Part shown: in pieces, positions 19,848 to 28,849 of the stretch
Layout of the letters: each line of letters begins with the position of its first letter
How positions within the stretch are numbered: position 1 is the stretch's first letter
From: Nitrospirota bacterium
Lineage (GTDB): Bacteria; Nitrospirota; UBA9217
Length of the DNA: 64,000 bases
Assembly (NCBI GenBank): GCA_963840455.1
Contig: CAWIYV010000001.1
Location: forward strand, 288,001 to 352,000
Reading direction: 5' to 3'
Notes under the pieces: generated by a model
The model's input: only the letters and a program-made list of their open reading frames with translations
Databases searched by the model: none
Told to the model about the DNA's origin: nothing
Program-made: the position numbers and the translations under genes

Positions 19848-21365
19848 TTACTTCGCGATATCTTCCACGATGCTGTTGAATTCCCGCTCAAAGGCGAGCC
19901 GGTTCCGGTTCGACGATCCGCCGACCAGCACCGCTGCCTGCCCCTTCCGGTCCTGGATCCTCACCCAGACCTTCCGGTGCGACCCGAAGAACGCGATGAC
20001 CGGCCCCACGCAGAGCAGGATGAAGCCGGTATACACGATCCACACGCCCGGGTCCTTGGTCACCTGGAGGCCCGTGTAGCGCGCGCCCCAGTAGTCCACG
20101 TAGCGGATGATGTAATTTTCGGGCATCAGGGGCTCGCCGGAGTCGACCTTCATCACCTGGGTGCGGAAGATCGGCGTGTTGGTCCTGCCGCGCAGCACTT
20201 CGAGCTCGACAACAGGGTTGACGAGCTCGTCGTTCCGGGACTCGTAGAACTGGACCTTGCCCGTGGCGGGGTCCCGCATGCCGAAGGGCCCGATGCCGAG
20301 GGCCTTGATGGTCCGGTCGATGGAGGCGACATAGACCGATGAACCCGGGTCCACGACGACGGTTTCACCGGGGCCCGGGGCGTTCTTGAGCTTGATGTTC
20401 AGCACGATCTTGCCCGTAGCGTTCGGGATCGTGCCGTAGCTGGACTGGTAGAAGGTTATGCCGTGATAACTGAGCGGATCGTTCACCCGGATGCGCTTGT
20501 CGAAGATCTTCTGCTGCTGGAGATTGTAGACGGAGAGCTGGCTCCAGTACTCCGACGGCATGCCCGTCGGCCGGCCGGCGTTCTGGTAGTAGTCGACCTC
20601 GAAATCGTCGCACCGCACGTAGAAGCCGATCGGCATCGCGGGAACTCCGCCCCGGCGGTCGTGGACCACCGGGCTTTTGCTGATGCCGAACCCGTCCATG
20701 ATCTTGTCCCACAAGGGCTCGTTCCGCAGATACACGACGTCCGACACCTGGCCCTCAGGCAGGTTCAGGAACCCCTTGAACCCGAAGAACGCACCGGTCA
20801 GCGCCCCGGTAAAGATGAGGATGATGCTCACATGGGTGATATACACTCCCATGCGGGTGTATGCGCCCTTCTGGGATGCCAGGTTGGTCGTCCCCTGCTC
20901 CTTCGAGACCAGGTGGCTGTACCGCTTCCCCTGGAGGGCCTTGAGCGCGGCCAGCTCCGCCTGCTCCATCCCGCCCTTGGCCATGATCTCCTTCTTGAAC
21001 GGGGCCGCCGCCTTATAGCCATCCTCGTCAAGGAACTTCAGCGGGGCCCGCATTGCCTTCCAGGCATAGGGGAAGCGTTCGAGAGTGCAGATGGTAAGGT
21101 TCGCCGTGAACATCAGCAGGATGAGGACGAACCACCAGGTGTGGTACAGGTCAAAGAACCCGAGGGTCTCGAAGAGCTCGACGGTGCCCTGGCTGTACTC
21201 CCTCAGGTAATCCTCAGGCGCCTGGTTCTGCTGGATCACCGTGCCGATGACCGATACGACCGCGAGGATGATGAGCAGCACCACGGCAAGCTTCACCGAG
21301 GAGAAAAACTTCCATATCTTGTCAGCGACGACCTCAATGATGCCCTGCTGGTCCTTGTTTTCCAA
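19848..21365 (-). CDS. resB: System II cytochrome c biogenesis protein ResB/Ccs1
   Basis: FSSVKLA, GTVIQQ, YHTWWF, THVS, RVNDPL..HG..FYQSSYG, GLQVTKDPG. Confidence 0.93.
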   Translation of the reverse strand: MENKDQQGIIEVVADKIWKFFSSVKLAVVLLIILAVVSVIGTVIQQNQAPEDYLREYSQGTVELFETLGFFDLYHTWWFVLILLMFTANLTICTLERFPYAWKAMRAPLKFLDEDGYKAAAPFKKEIMAKGGMEQAELAALKALQGKRYSHLVSKEQGTTNLASQKGAYTRMGVYITHVSIILIFTGALTGAFFGFKGFLNLPEGQVSDVVYLRNEPLWDKIMDGFGISKSPVVHDRRGGVPAMPIGFYVRCDDFEVDYYQNAGRPTGMPSEYWSQLSVYNLQQQKIFDKRIRVNDPLSYHGITFYQSSYGTIPNATGKIVLNIKLKNAPGPGETVVVDPGSSVYVASIDRTIKALGIGPFGMRDPATGKVQFYESRNDELVNPVVELEVLRGRTNTPIFRTQVMKVDSGEPLMPENYIIRYVDYWGARYTGLQVTKDPGVWIVYTGFILLCVGPVIAFFGSHRKVWVRIQDRKGQAAVLVGGSSNRNRLAFEREFNSIVEDIAK

Positions 21366-21558
21366 TTCGCGATCCCTCCGCTCGTGCGTACAAACGACCC
21401 GCTAAACTAACATACCGGCAGGGAAACTGTCAAGGAGATTTGGATAGTTCCTCGTGACCGCGGACAGCGACGACGCCCGGAACGCTGCCCGCCGGCTGGT
21501 GCGCCGCGCATGGGGCAGGACATGATAAATGCGGCCAAGTATGGTATGATGATAACCA

Positions 21559-23562
21559 ATGCAGGACGCCGAGGTCACCATCCTTCGGGAGCTCATCATC
21601 CTTCTGGCCGTATCGCTCCCCATCACCTTCCTGTTCCACAAGGCGAAGCTGCCCGCACTGGTGGGGTTCCTCATCACCGGAGTGCTGATCGGCCCCCACG
21701 GAACGGCGGTCATCACCGAGACCCAGGCAGTGGAGCGGCTGGCCGACGTGGGCGTTGTGCTCCTCCTGTTCACGGTTGGACTCGAGTTCTCCATCGAGGA
21801 CATCATGCGTTCGGGACGCCAGCTCCTGCTGGGAGGGGGGACCCAGGTCGTCCTGACCGTCGGCGCCGTCGCGGGCATCGCCCTGCTCTTCGGCTACCCG
21901 ATGACCCAGGCGCTCTTTTTCGGATTTCTTGCGTCGCTCAGCAGCACGGCCATCGTGCTTAAGATGTACTCGGACCGCGCGGAGCTGGACACGGCGCACG
22001 GCAGGCTCTCCACGGGGATCCTCCTGTTCCAGGACATGGCTGTCGTGCCCATGATGCTGCTGCTCCCCGTTCTCGGACAGGCCGGGACCGCGGGCGAGAT
22101 CACCCCCGTCTCCGTCATGATGAGCCTGGGGAAGGCGGTGCTCGGGCTGGCGGTCGTGTTCCTCGCCGCGCGGCAGATCGTCCCGTTCCTGCTGCACCAC
22201 GTTATCCGGCTGAGGAACCGGGAGATGTTCTTCCTGCTCGTGGTCCTGCTCTGTCTCGGGACCGCTTGGATCACGTTCAGCCTCGGGCTCTCCCTTGCCC
22301 TCGGCGCGTTCCTGGCAGGGCTCATCATCGCCGAGTCCGAGTACAGCCATCAGATCGTGGCTGACATCCTTCCTTTCCGCGACTACTTCGCCAGCATCTT
22401 CTTCATCTCCGTCGGGATGCTGCTCAAGACCGACTACTTCCTGATGCACTGGCCCCTGCTCATCGGCCTCACGACCGTGCTCGCCCTGCTCAAGACCGGC
22501 CTTGTGACCGTCACTGCCGCTGTCCTGCGCTATCCCGTCCGCTCAGCGCTGCTGTCCGGCCTCGCCCTGGCCCAGGTGGGCGAGTTCTCGTTCCTCCTGG
22601 CAGACCAGGGCAGCCGGTTCGGGCTGATCGCCGGAAACACCTTCCAGGCCTTCATCAACACCTCGATCCTGACCATGATCGCGACCCCGTTCATCATGCA
22701 TGTCGCGCCCTGGTTCGCCGACCGCATCCGCCTACCCCGACCCGACTCCACGGACAACGCTAATGTCTGCTCGCTCACGGGCCACACGATCATCGCCGGT
22801 TACGGCCTGAACGGCAGGAACCTGGCCCGGACCCTCCGCGCGACGCGGATCCCCTACACCGTGCTGGAAGTGAACGCCGACACCATCCGCAAAGCGCGGG
22901 ACGACGGCGAGCCCATCATCTATGGCGACATCACGCGGGAGGACGTGCTCGTGCGGGCGGGCGCCGACTGCGCGCGGGTCATCGTGTTCGCCATTTCCGA
23001 TTTCTCCGCGACCCGCATGGCCATCCGCTTCGTGCGCTCGATCAACCCGTCCATCTTCATCCTGGTCCGGACCCGGTACGCGGCTGAAGTGGACGAGCTC
23101 CTGAAGCTCGGCGCCGACCAGGTCATCGCCGAGGAGTTCGAGACCTCCATCGAGATCTTCTCCCGGGTGCTCCACCAGTACCATGTCCCAGGCAATATCA
23201 TCGCCAACCAGATCAGCCTCGTTCGGTTCGACGGCTATAAGATGCTGCGCGGGCTGTCCCTGGACCAGGAGAAGATCGGCAGGCTCGCGGCGCTGTTTGC
23301 CGCTGCCACGGTGGACAACGTGCAGGTCCAGCCGGAATGTGCGTGTATCGGGAAGACGCTCAAGGAGCTGGATATCAGGCGGTCCTCAGGAGCGACCGTG
23401 CTTGCCATTGTGCGGAACGGTGAAGCGGTCACGAACCCCGGCATCGACTTTCACCTTGAGGCGGACGATATCCTCGTGCTGCTGGGTGCGCACAAGGAGC
23501 TTGATGCCGCGGCGACGCTTCTGACACAGAGGCCGGGAGGATCGGCAACAGGGGCGGGGTGA
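21559..23562 (+). CDS. CPA2/Kef-type K+/H+ antiporter with TrkA_N and TrkA_C domains
   Basis: LFTVGLEFS, LSSTAIV, LLFQD, LAQVGEFSF, IIAGYGLNG, IYGD. Confidence 0.93.
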   Translation: MQDAEVTILRELIILLAVSLPITFLFHKAKLPALVGFLITGVLIGPHGTAVITETQAVERLADVGVVLLLFTVGLEFSIEDIMRSGRQLLLGGGTQVVLTVGAVAGIALLFGYPMTQALFFGFLASLSSTAIVLKMYSDRAELDTAHGRLSTGILLFQDMAVVPMMLLLPVLGQAGTAGEITPVSVMMSLGKAVLGLAVVFLAARQIVPFLLHHVIRLRNREMFFLLVVLLCLGTAWITFSLGLSLALGAFLAGLIIAESEYSHQIVADILPFRDYFASIFFISVGMLLKTDYFLMHWPLLIGLTTVLALLKTGLVTVTAAVLRYPVRSALLSGLALAQVGEFSFLLADQGSRFGLIAGNTFQAFINTSILTMIATPFIMHVAPWFADRIRLPRPDSTDNANVCSLTGHTIIAGYGLNGRNLARTLRATRIPYTVLEVNADTIRKARDDGEPIIYGDITREDVLVRAGADCARVIVFAISDFSATRMAIRFVRSINPSIFILVRTRYAAEVDELLKLGADQVIAEEFETSIEIFSRVLHQYHVPGNIIANQISLVRFDGYKMLRGLSLDQEKIGRLAALFAAATVDNVQVQPECACIGKTLKELDIRRSSGATVLAIVRNGEAVTNPGIDFHLEADDILVLLGAHKELDAAATLLTQRPGGSATGAG

Positions 23563-23721
23563 CACGGGGAAATAAGGGAAGGGTCAAGGGGCAAGGGGCA
23601 AGGGCCAAGAACACCTTCCGTTGCCGCAGAATGGTGTTGCGAATGAAGATGGCAATGGGTATAATCAGTCTCGTTACTTTTCAATTTTCACGTTGATCTC
23701 CAACTTTCAATTTAATAAACT

Positions 23722-23820
23722 GGGAGAGGTTACGGAGCTGGTGCCCGTCCCGGACTTCAAATCCGGTGGTTCCTGGCTTTGGTCAGGAATGGTGAGTTCG
23801 ATTCTCATGCTCTCCCGCCA
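23722..23820 (+). tRNA. selC: tRNA-Sec (anticodon UCA)
   Basis: Anticodon arm ccgga-cTTCAaa-tccgg, 6-bp D stem with TGGT loop, long 9-bp variable arm, T arm gtgag-TTCGATT-ctcat, G discriminator and encoded CCA. Confidence 0.92.
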
Positions 23821-24092
23821 TATATAGTCCAATGCAGTCCGATGTAATGCTAAGCCGTCCTTGAGAACAGGGGCATATGCTTTTTCTATAGAAGTCGCAA
23901 GTTCAATTGTAAAGTGCAACACTACCTTTTATGCCAATGTATACATTACGGTTGAAGTATATTCATATCCGCAGCTCACGGTGCATTTATGGCGTTGCCC
24001 TGCATTGATTTTGGATATGTCTGTACGGATAAATACCCTGAGGTGATGACTACGTAGGGAAATCCTAGCAAGAAGAAAGGAGCATCGGGGAC

Positions 24093-24450
24093 ATGAGAGC
24101 CTTTAGATTATCTTTGCAATTCGCCTTGTTGATCGCTATTGTTTCATTTCATGATGGGTTTGGCCTTACCAGGGCCAACAACTAAGTTCTCCACGAATGG
24201 AGTGATGAGATATATCAAGAACGGCGCGAAAAGATCGCCTGTGATCAGTGCATTGTAGAGGCGAAGTTGGCGAATGAGAAGACGGTTTGAAGAAGATTTC
24301 GTGAAGGCATTAAAGGACCGCAGGAGTAGATGCGTCGTGAGCTTACAACGTGATGCCTGACCCATCGTAGTACGATAAGGACGCCATTGCGGTACAATCA
24401 AAAGCAGTTGGGGTAGTACCTGCGGATTAATAGACGCTCTTGAAACGGTC
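24093..24450 (+). pseudogene. Heavily decayed paralog of the lipoprotein gene at 25235
   Basis: Same RBS/start context (aaaggagcatcgg..atgagag) and colinear segments such as gcattaaagga and gataaggacgccattgcggtacaa; multiple indels and stops. Confidence 0.7.
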
Positions 24451-24623
24451 ACGGCAACGAAATTCTGATGTATCGAGATTGACTTAACTTGAGGCGAAAG
24501 AATTTTCTCCGTAAACAGACGTTCGCGACATGAAGTCACCAAGTGGTCTCACGTTTGCGTTAAGATCTACCAGTTCGGTCTGTCGAGAACACCCCCCTGA
24601 CTTTAGATCCAATTATTACATCG

Positions 24624-25037
24624 TTAGGGCGCACCAGTGCAGGCGCCTAGTGCTTCGATTACAGAGTTCAAAGACCGAATTGCTATATTCAAGTTGTACA
24701 CGAAATCCGCAGGGATATCGGAGGCTCCTGCACGACGCGCACATGAAGCAGCGGTGTCGAGTTCTGCTATTGCTATGGTGCAATTACAGTCCATCGCAGC
24801 CTTTTCTGCGTCTCCAAGGGCACTTTTTGCACGCATTGCATAATCTTTTGCAACTTCAAAAGTGGTCTCATTTTTAGCCCGCACGAGTTTCGTACGAGCG
24901 TCACCAACGAAGAAGGAAAGCGTGCTGCAAGATGTTGCCGATGTGTCTGGAACCGCAATTAAGAAAAGAAAAAACAAGATACCACACATAGATAAAATCC
25001 TGATGTCGTCATTTGTTATTCCCCCCTTCTCATGCAT
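24624..25037 (-). CDS. Hypothetical small Cys-rich secreted protein
   Basis: Signal-peptide-like N terminus, helical Ala-rich body with several Cys; start uncertain. Confidence 0.55.
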   Translation of the reverse strand: MHEKGGITNDDIRILSMCGILFFLFLIAVPDTSATSCSTLSFFVGDARTKLVRAKNETTFEVAKDYAMRAKSALGDAEKAAMDCNCTIAIAELDTAASCARRAGASDIPADFVYNLNIAIRSLNSVIEALGACTGAP

Positions 25038-25234
25038 CAGGAATCAGTTCTTGTTAGATAACTATATCATAAAGTGACATTTCTAGGCGAGGAATTGTCC
25101 TCTTATATTTCTGCTGGTGTGTGAAATTGTCGGGCGTCTGCGTGTTATAGTGAATCGCGTGGCCGGTCATGGCCGACGGCGCATATGACGCGTGAGTAAG
25201 TGAACCCGAGGAAGCATAAAGGAGCATCGGAGAT

Positions 25235-25797
25235 ATGAGAGTCTTTAAAATTTCTTTACAATGCACTGCGTTCGTTGGGTTGTTTCTCTTCACTGCATGC
25301 ACGAAACCAACAACGAATTTCTCCAGCATATGGAAGGATGAGACATATCAGGTGCAGACCGAAAAGATCCTTGTGATCAATGCATTTAAAGATCCCGGGT
25401 ACAGAAGGCAGTTCGAAGACGGGTTCGTGACGGCATTAAAGGATCCGCGGGATAGATGCCGTCGTGAGTTACAGAGTTATGCTCGACCCAGTCGTGGACG
25501 ATAAAGACGCTATTGCGGTACAAGCAAAAGCAGTCGGCGCGGATGCCGTGTTTATTAACAGACCTCGTGGAACGGAACAGAAGGAAGTTTGGGTTTCCGC
25601 CGATGGTACTGACGAATATAAGTTATATATTAATACGCAAACAGATGTCTATGACATTAAGTCGAACAGATTGGTCTTTAGCGTTTCAGCGGAAACGCGG
25701 ATACACAAAAAGGAAGCTTTACGCTGACCAAATACAATCCTACATTAAAGATCTCGTAAATATGATGTCGCAAGCGGGGCTCTTGCCGAAGCAGTGA
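25235..25797 (+). pseudogene. Frameshifted lipoprotein gene
   Basis: LFTAC lipobox; coding sequence continues through three ORF-track frames (25235, 25464, end of 25513), i.e. two frameshifts. Confidence 0.7.
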
Positions 25798-25957
25798 CGA
25801 CCTTGCGGAAGCTGCCCGCTTCCGTTTCGGCCGTTTGAGTTTCTACTAAATGGATGGGGTAACATATGGGGCAATTCATAAAATCGAATTAAATAGTGTA
25901 TCGTTAGTACAGGAAGTTATCTAAACTGATATATTCTCATGCTCTCCCGCCAACAAT

Positions 25958-25993
25958 AAAAAAACCCTCACGGGAATTCCCGTGAGGGTTTTT
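25958..25993. terminator. Bidirectional intrinsic terminator (probably the original selC terminator; also ends the c7 gene)
   Basis: aaaaaaccctcacggg-aatt-cccgtgagggtttttt directly after attR. Confidence 0.9.
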
Positions 25994-26013
25994 TACTGCC
26001 GAATAATGACATC

Positions 26014-26337
26014 CTACTTCTTGTGACACTTGCCGCAATTCGCCGCATCACCAGCCTTGAAGGCCTTCGTGCCATTGTGGCACGCACCGCAGAACTTGCC
26101 GGCATTGATGTCGGCCATCTTGATTGCGTCGCCGCCCTTCTTCATCTTAAAAAGGCCCGACTGATGACAGTCAGCGCATTTGGCACCCTTGTCAGCGTGG
26201 GCCTTGCCGTCGAACACGACCTTGCCCTGAGCACCGCCGGCGAACTCCACGGTCTTGCCCGCCGGAACCGCGAATGCGGAAACCGCCAGGACGAACGAAA
26301 CCACCACTACGAGGGCCAATACGAAGAATTTCTTCAT
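26014..26337 (-). CDS. Periplasmic triheme c7-type cytochrome c (copy 1)
   Basis: Signal peptide; CADCH, CGACH, CGKCH; GGAGGTG RBS. Confidence 0.92.
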   Translation of the reverse strand: MKKFFVLALVVVVSFVLAVSAFAVPAGKTVEFAGGAQGKVVFDGKAHADKGAKCADCHQSGLFKMKKGGDAIKMADINAGKFCGACHNGTKAFKAGDAANCGKCHKK

Positions 26338-26527
26338 GTATGTTTCACCTCCTTCCATTATCTATATCAAAATGGATATTACTCTGTAAGACACTGTTGC
26401 ATGCAATAGGTTATATAGAACAGTATGAAGACCCGGGTATTTTTTCCCTATTCCAAGGAACAGCGACAGGACGGCGTGCCAGGATGTCGCGACCGTTCCG
26501 GTGCCTGCGTTGCGTTCAATTTATGAA

Positions 26528-26562
26528 TAAAACCCCCACGGGAAATCCCGTGGGGGTTTTTT
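26528..26562. terminator. Intrinsic terminator duplicated together with the c7 gene
   Basis: aaaacccccacggg-aaat-cccgtgggggttttt. Confidence 0.88.
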
Positions 26563-26581
26563 ACTGCCGAATAATGACATC

Positions 26582-26905
26582 CTACTTCTTGTGGCACTTG
26601 CCGCATGCAGCCGCGTCCTTCACGGAGAAGGCCTTGGTGCCGTTGTGGCAGCCGCCGCAAGCCTTGCCGGCTTCCATGTCCTTCATGGTCGCCTTGGTCT
26701 CGCCCTTCTTCATCTTGAAGAGGCCGGACTGATGACAGTCAGCGCACTTGGCGCCCTTGTCAGCGTGGGCCTTGCCGTCGAACACGACCTTGCCGGCCGC
26801 GCCGCCCGCGAACTCAACGGTCTTCCCTGCCGGGACCGCGAACGCGGAGACGGCCAGGACGAACGAAACCACTACTACGATAGCCAATACGAAGAATTTC
26901 TTCAT
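26582..26905 (-). CDS. Periplasmic triheme c7-type cytochrome c (copy 2)
   Basis: Signal peptide; CADCH, CGGCH, CGKCH; near-identical to copy 1. Confidence 0.92.
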   Translation of the reverse strand: MKKFFVLAIVVVVSFVLAVSAFAVPAGKTVEFAGGAAGKVVFDGKAHADKGAKCADCHQSGLFKMKKGETKATMKDMEAGKACGGCHNGTKAFSVKDAAACGKCHKK

Positions 26906-26976
26906 GTATGTTTCACCTCCTTTCGTTGGCAAAGTATACTCAATGATACATTATGACACCGTGAACTGCAGAAAGT

Positions 26977-27993
26977 TTATAGGAACGCCTTGGGGCTGCG
27001 GTACTCGTGGCACTGCACGCAGTCCTTCTTGGCAGACGCCTCGGTGACCCGCCAGAGATGCGGCCTGTGGCAGTCCTTGCACTGCATGTCCATATCGAGG
27101 TGCACCCTGTGTTTCCCGACCCTGGGGATCGTGGCATGACAGCCCAGGCAATGCGTGCTGCCCGGCCTGACCTTGCCCTGCGTGTGCGGCTTGTGGCACT
27201 CGTAGCAGTAGAACTGCATGGGCGCCTTCTCATCGAACACGATCTTCACGGCTCTCTTGATGGTCGCCACTTCGGGCTGGAAGAATCGGACGTCCATGGT
27301 GGCATCTTCCTTCAGCTGCTTCTTGATGTTCTCGTCGCTGCTGTGGCAATAGAGGCACTTCAACCTGCCCGGCCTCAGGTCCTTGGTGCGGTCCGTGTGG
27401 CAGTTGAGGCAGGCCAGGCCGCCCATGCCCTCGCCGTGCACCTGCTTGCCTATGTGGCACTTGGTGCAGAACTTTTCCGTCGGAAGGAAATGATGGAGCC
27501 CCGACTTGTCTGCCTTTACCTCGCCGTGGCATTCAGTGCACTCGATCTGCTCCATGTACACGTGCTTCGCATGGAACAGCGACTTGTTGATCTGCTTCGC
27601 CTTCGTGGATGTGTGGCAATCGTTGCAGGTCTTGGAGCTGACGATGACCTGCCCCTTGTGGCGCTCGGGCACCTTGTTGGGACGGTGCATCACAAAGCTG
27701 ATTAAGAGCTGGTTCTGCTCCGGGATGGTCAGATGATGGCAGTCATGGCAATTGAGCTTCTGGTGCTCGCTCTTGGCCCAGCTGTCGTAGGCTTCCTGCA
27801 TGAGGTGACAGCCGACGCAGAACTTGGGGTTGTTCTGGGTGAAGTCGTAGAACTTGTAAGCAACGAACCCGCCGCCGCCCACGATGATCAGGAGCAGGGA
27901 AACGATCAGGATCTTGGCCTTCAGCGTCATCGGCTCCTGGAGCCGGTCCTTGGCCCACTGAAACTTCTCTTTGAACCAGGCAATGACCTTCAT
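26977..27993 (-). CDS. Membrane-anchored 11-heme cytochrome c with NapC/NirT-like N terminus
   Basis: N-terminal TM, FCVGCHLM...W..S.H..LNCHDCH, 11 CxxCH counted. Confidence 0.9.
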   Translation of the reverse strand: MKVIAWFKEKFQWAKDRLQEPMTLKAKILIVSLLLIIVGGGGFVAYKFYDFTQNNPKFCVGCHLMQEAYDSWAKSEHQKLNCHDCHHLTIPEQNQLLISFVMHRPNKVPERHKGQVIVSSKTCNDCHTSTKAKQINKSLFHAKHVYMEQIECTECHGEVKADKSGLHHFLPTEKFCTKCHIGKQVHGEGMGGLACLNCHTDRTKDLRPGRLKCLYCHSSDENIKKQLKEDATMDVRFFQPEVATIKRAVKIVFDEKAPMQFYCYECHKPHTQGKVRPGSTHCLGCHATIPRVGKHRVHLDMDMQCKDCHRPHLWRVTEASAKKDCVQCHEYRSPKAFL

Positions 27994-28312
27994 TCCCCCC
28001 CCTGCAATTTCTGTTTCCTTCACGTTTGAGCCACGATTTATAGCATAGCGGGCAAACAAAGTCAATAGCTATCGCAATCTTCCCCCATCCCCTGCCTCTG
28101 CAACCATCCCGAATTCCCCGGTATGACGGAACACCGGGAGGAGTGCTGTGTTCTGGCAAGGGGGAACGTAGGCATGATGCACGCGGATCGCCGTTATCCG
28201 GCGGCCGGACCGGTGTTGCGGGCCGGTCCATCACCCGGCACCTCAAATCCTGACTATCAATGCTTGCATACACAGAACGAGCGGCGGCACAAGCGCAAAA
28301 ACCACTTTTTTC

Positions 28313-28341
28313 TTGACAATACAGGCCCCGAATCATACCAT
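28313..28341 (+). promoter_or_regulatory. Sigma70-type promoter for the Rieske/cyt b operon
   Basis: TTGACA-17 bp-TACCAT. Confidence 0.55.
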
Positions 28342-28438
28342 ACTTCCATCATTACAGAATGAGAATGCATCCCGAGCAGCGCCCCGCCATCAACATAATT
28401 GTAATTCCCATTTCCTTCTTCCATGACAGGGAGGTCCG

Positions 28439-28849
28439 ATGAAGCGACGGAGTTTTCTCAAATTAGCGCTTGCCTTCCTGGGAGCAACGAGCCTTGCCTC
28501 CTTCATCTACCCGATCTTCCGGTATCTCGCGCCGTCCGCAAGCGCGGAGCGGTCCAAGGCCGTCATCATCCCGAAGCGCGACATCCCTCTGGGCGAAGCC
28601 AAGGAGATCGTGTTCAACAACATCCCGGCGGTCGTCCTGAACCGTCCCGGCAAGGGGCTCATCGCCTTGTCCCGGGTCTGTACACACCTCGGATGCCTGG
28701 TGCAATACGACAAGGAGAACACAAGGCTGCTCTGCCCCTGCCACGCGGGGGTCTATGACCTCGAGGGGAACATCGTCTCAGGACCGCCGCCGAAGCCCCT
28801 GCCGAAGCTGCCGCTCAGGGTCGAGGGCGAGACCATCGTGATAGGGTGA
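28439..28849 (+). CDS. Rieske 2Fe-2S subunit of a Rieske/cytochrome b complex
   Basis: Tat motif KRRSFLK; CTHLGC and CPCH; GPPPKPL. Confidence 0.95.
   Translation: MKRRSFLKLALAFLGATSLASFIYPIFRYLAPSASAERSKAVIIPKRDIPLGEAKEIVFNNIPAVVLNRPGKGLIALSRVCTHLGCLVQYDKENTRLLCPCHAGVYDLEGNIVSGPPPKPLPKLPLRVEGETIVIG

Larger units (their letters stand above)
23801..25952. mobile_element. Integrase-less genomic islet inserted at the tRNA-Sec 3' end
   Basis: Perfect 20-bp direct repeat attctcatgctctcccgcca at 23801-23820 and 25933-25952; interior visibly AT-richer and containing decayed genes. Confidence 0.85.

Noticed and set aside
24144-24542. 132-aa minus-strand ORF in the islet
   Set aside because: It is antisense to the decayed lipoprotein paralog and has no recognisable features.
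27994-28065. Upstream TTG start for the 11-heme cytochrome, and similar N-terminal extensions of pdxJ, mobB, folD, tatC and DUF401
   Set aside because: The extensions run through promoter, repeat or neighbouring-gene sequence; better RBS-supported starts lie downstream.
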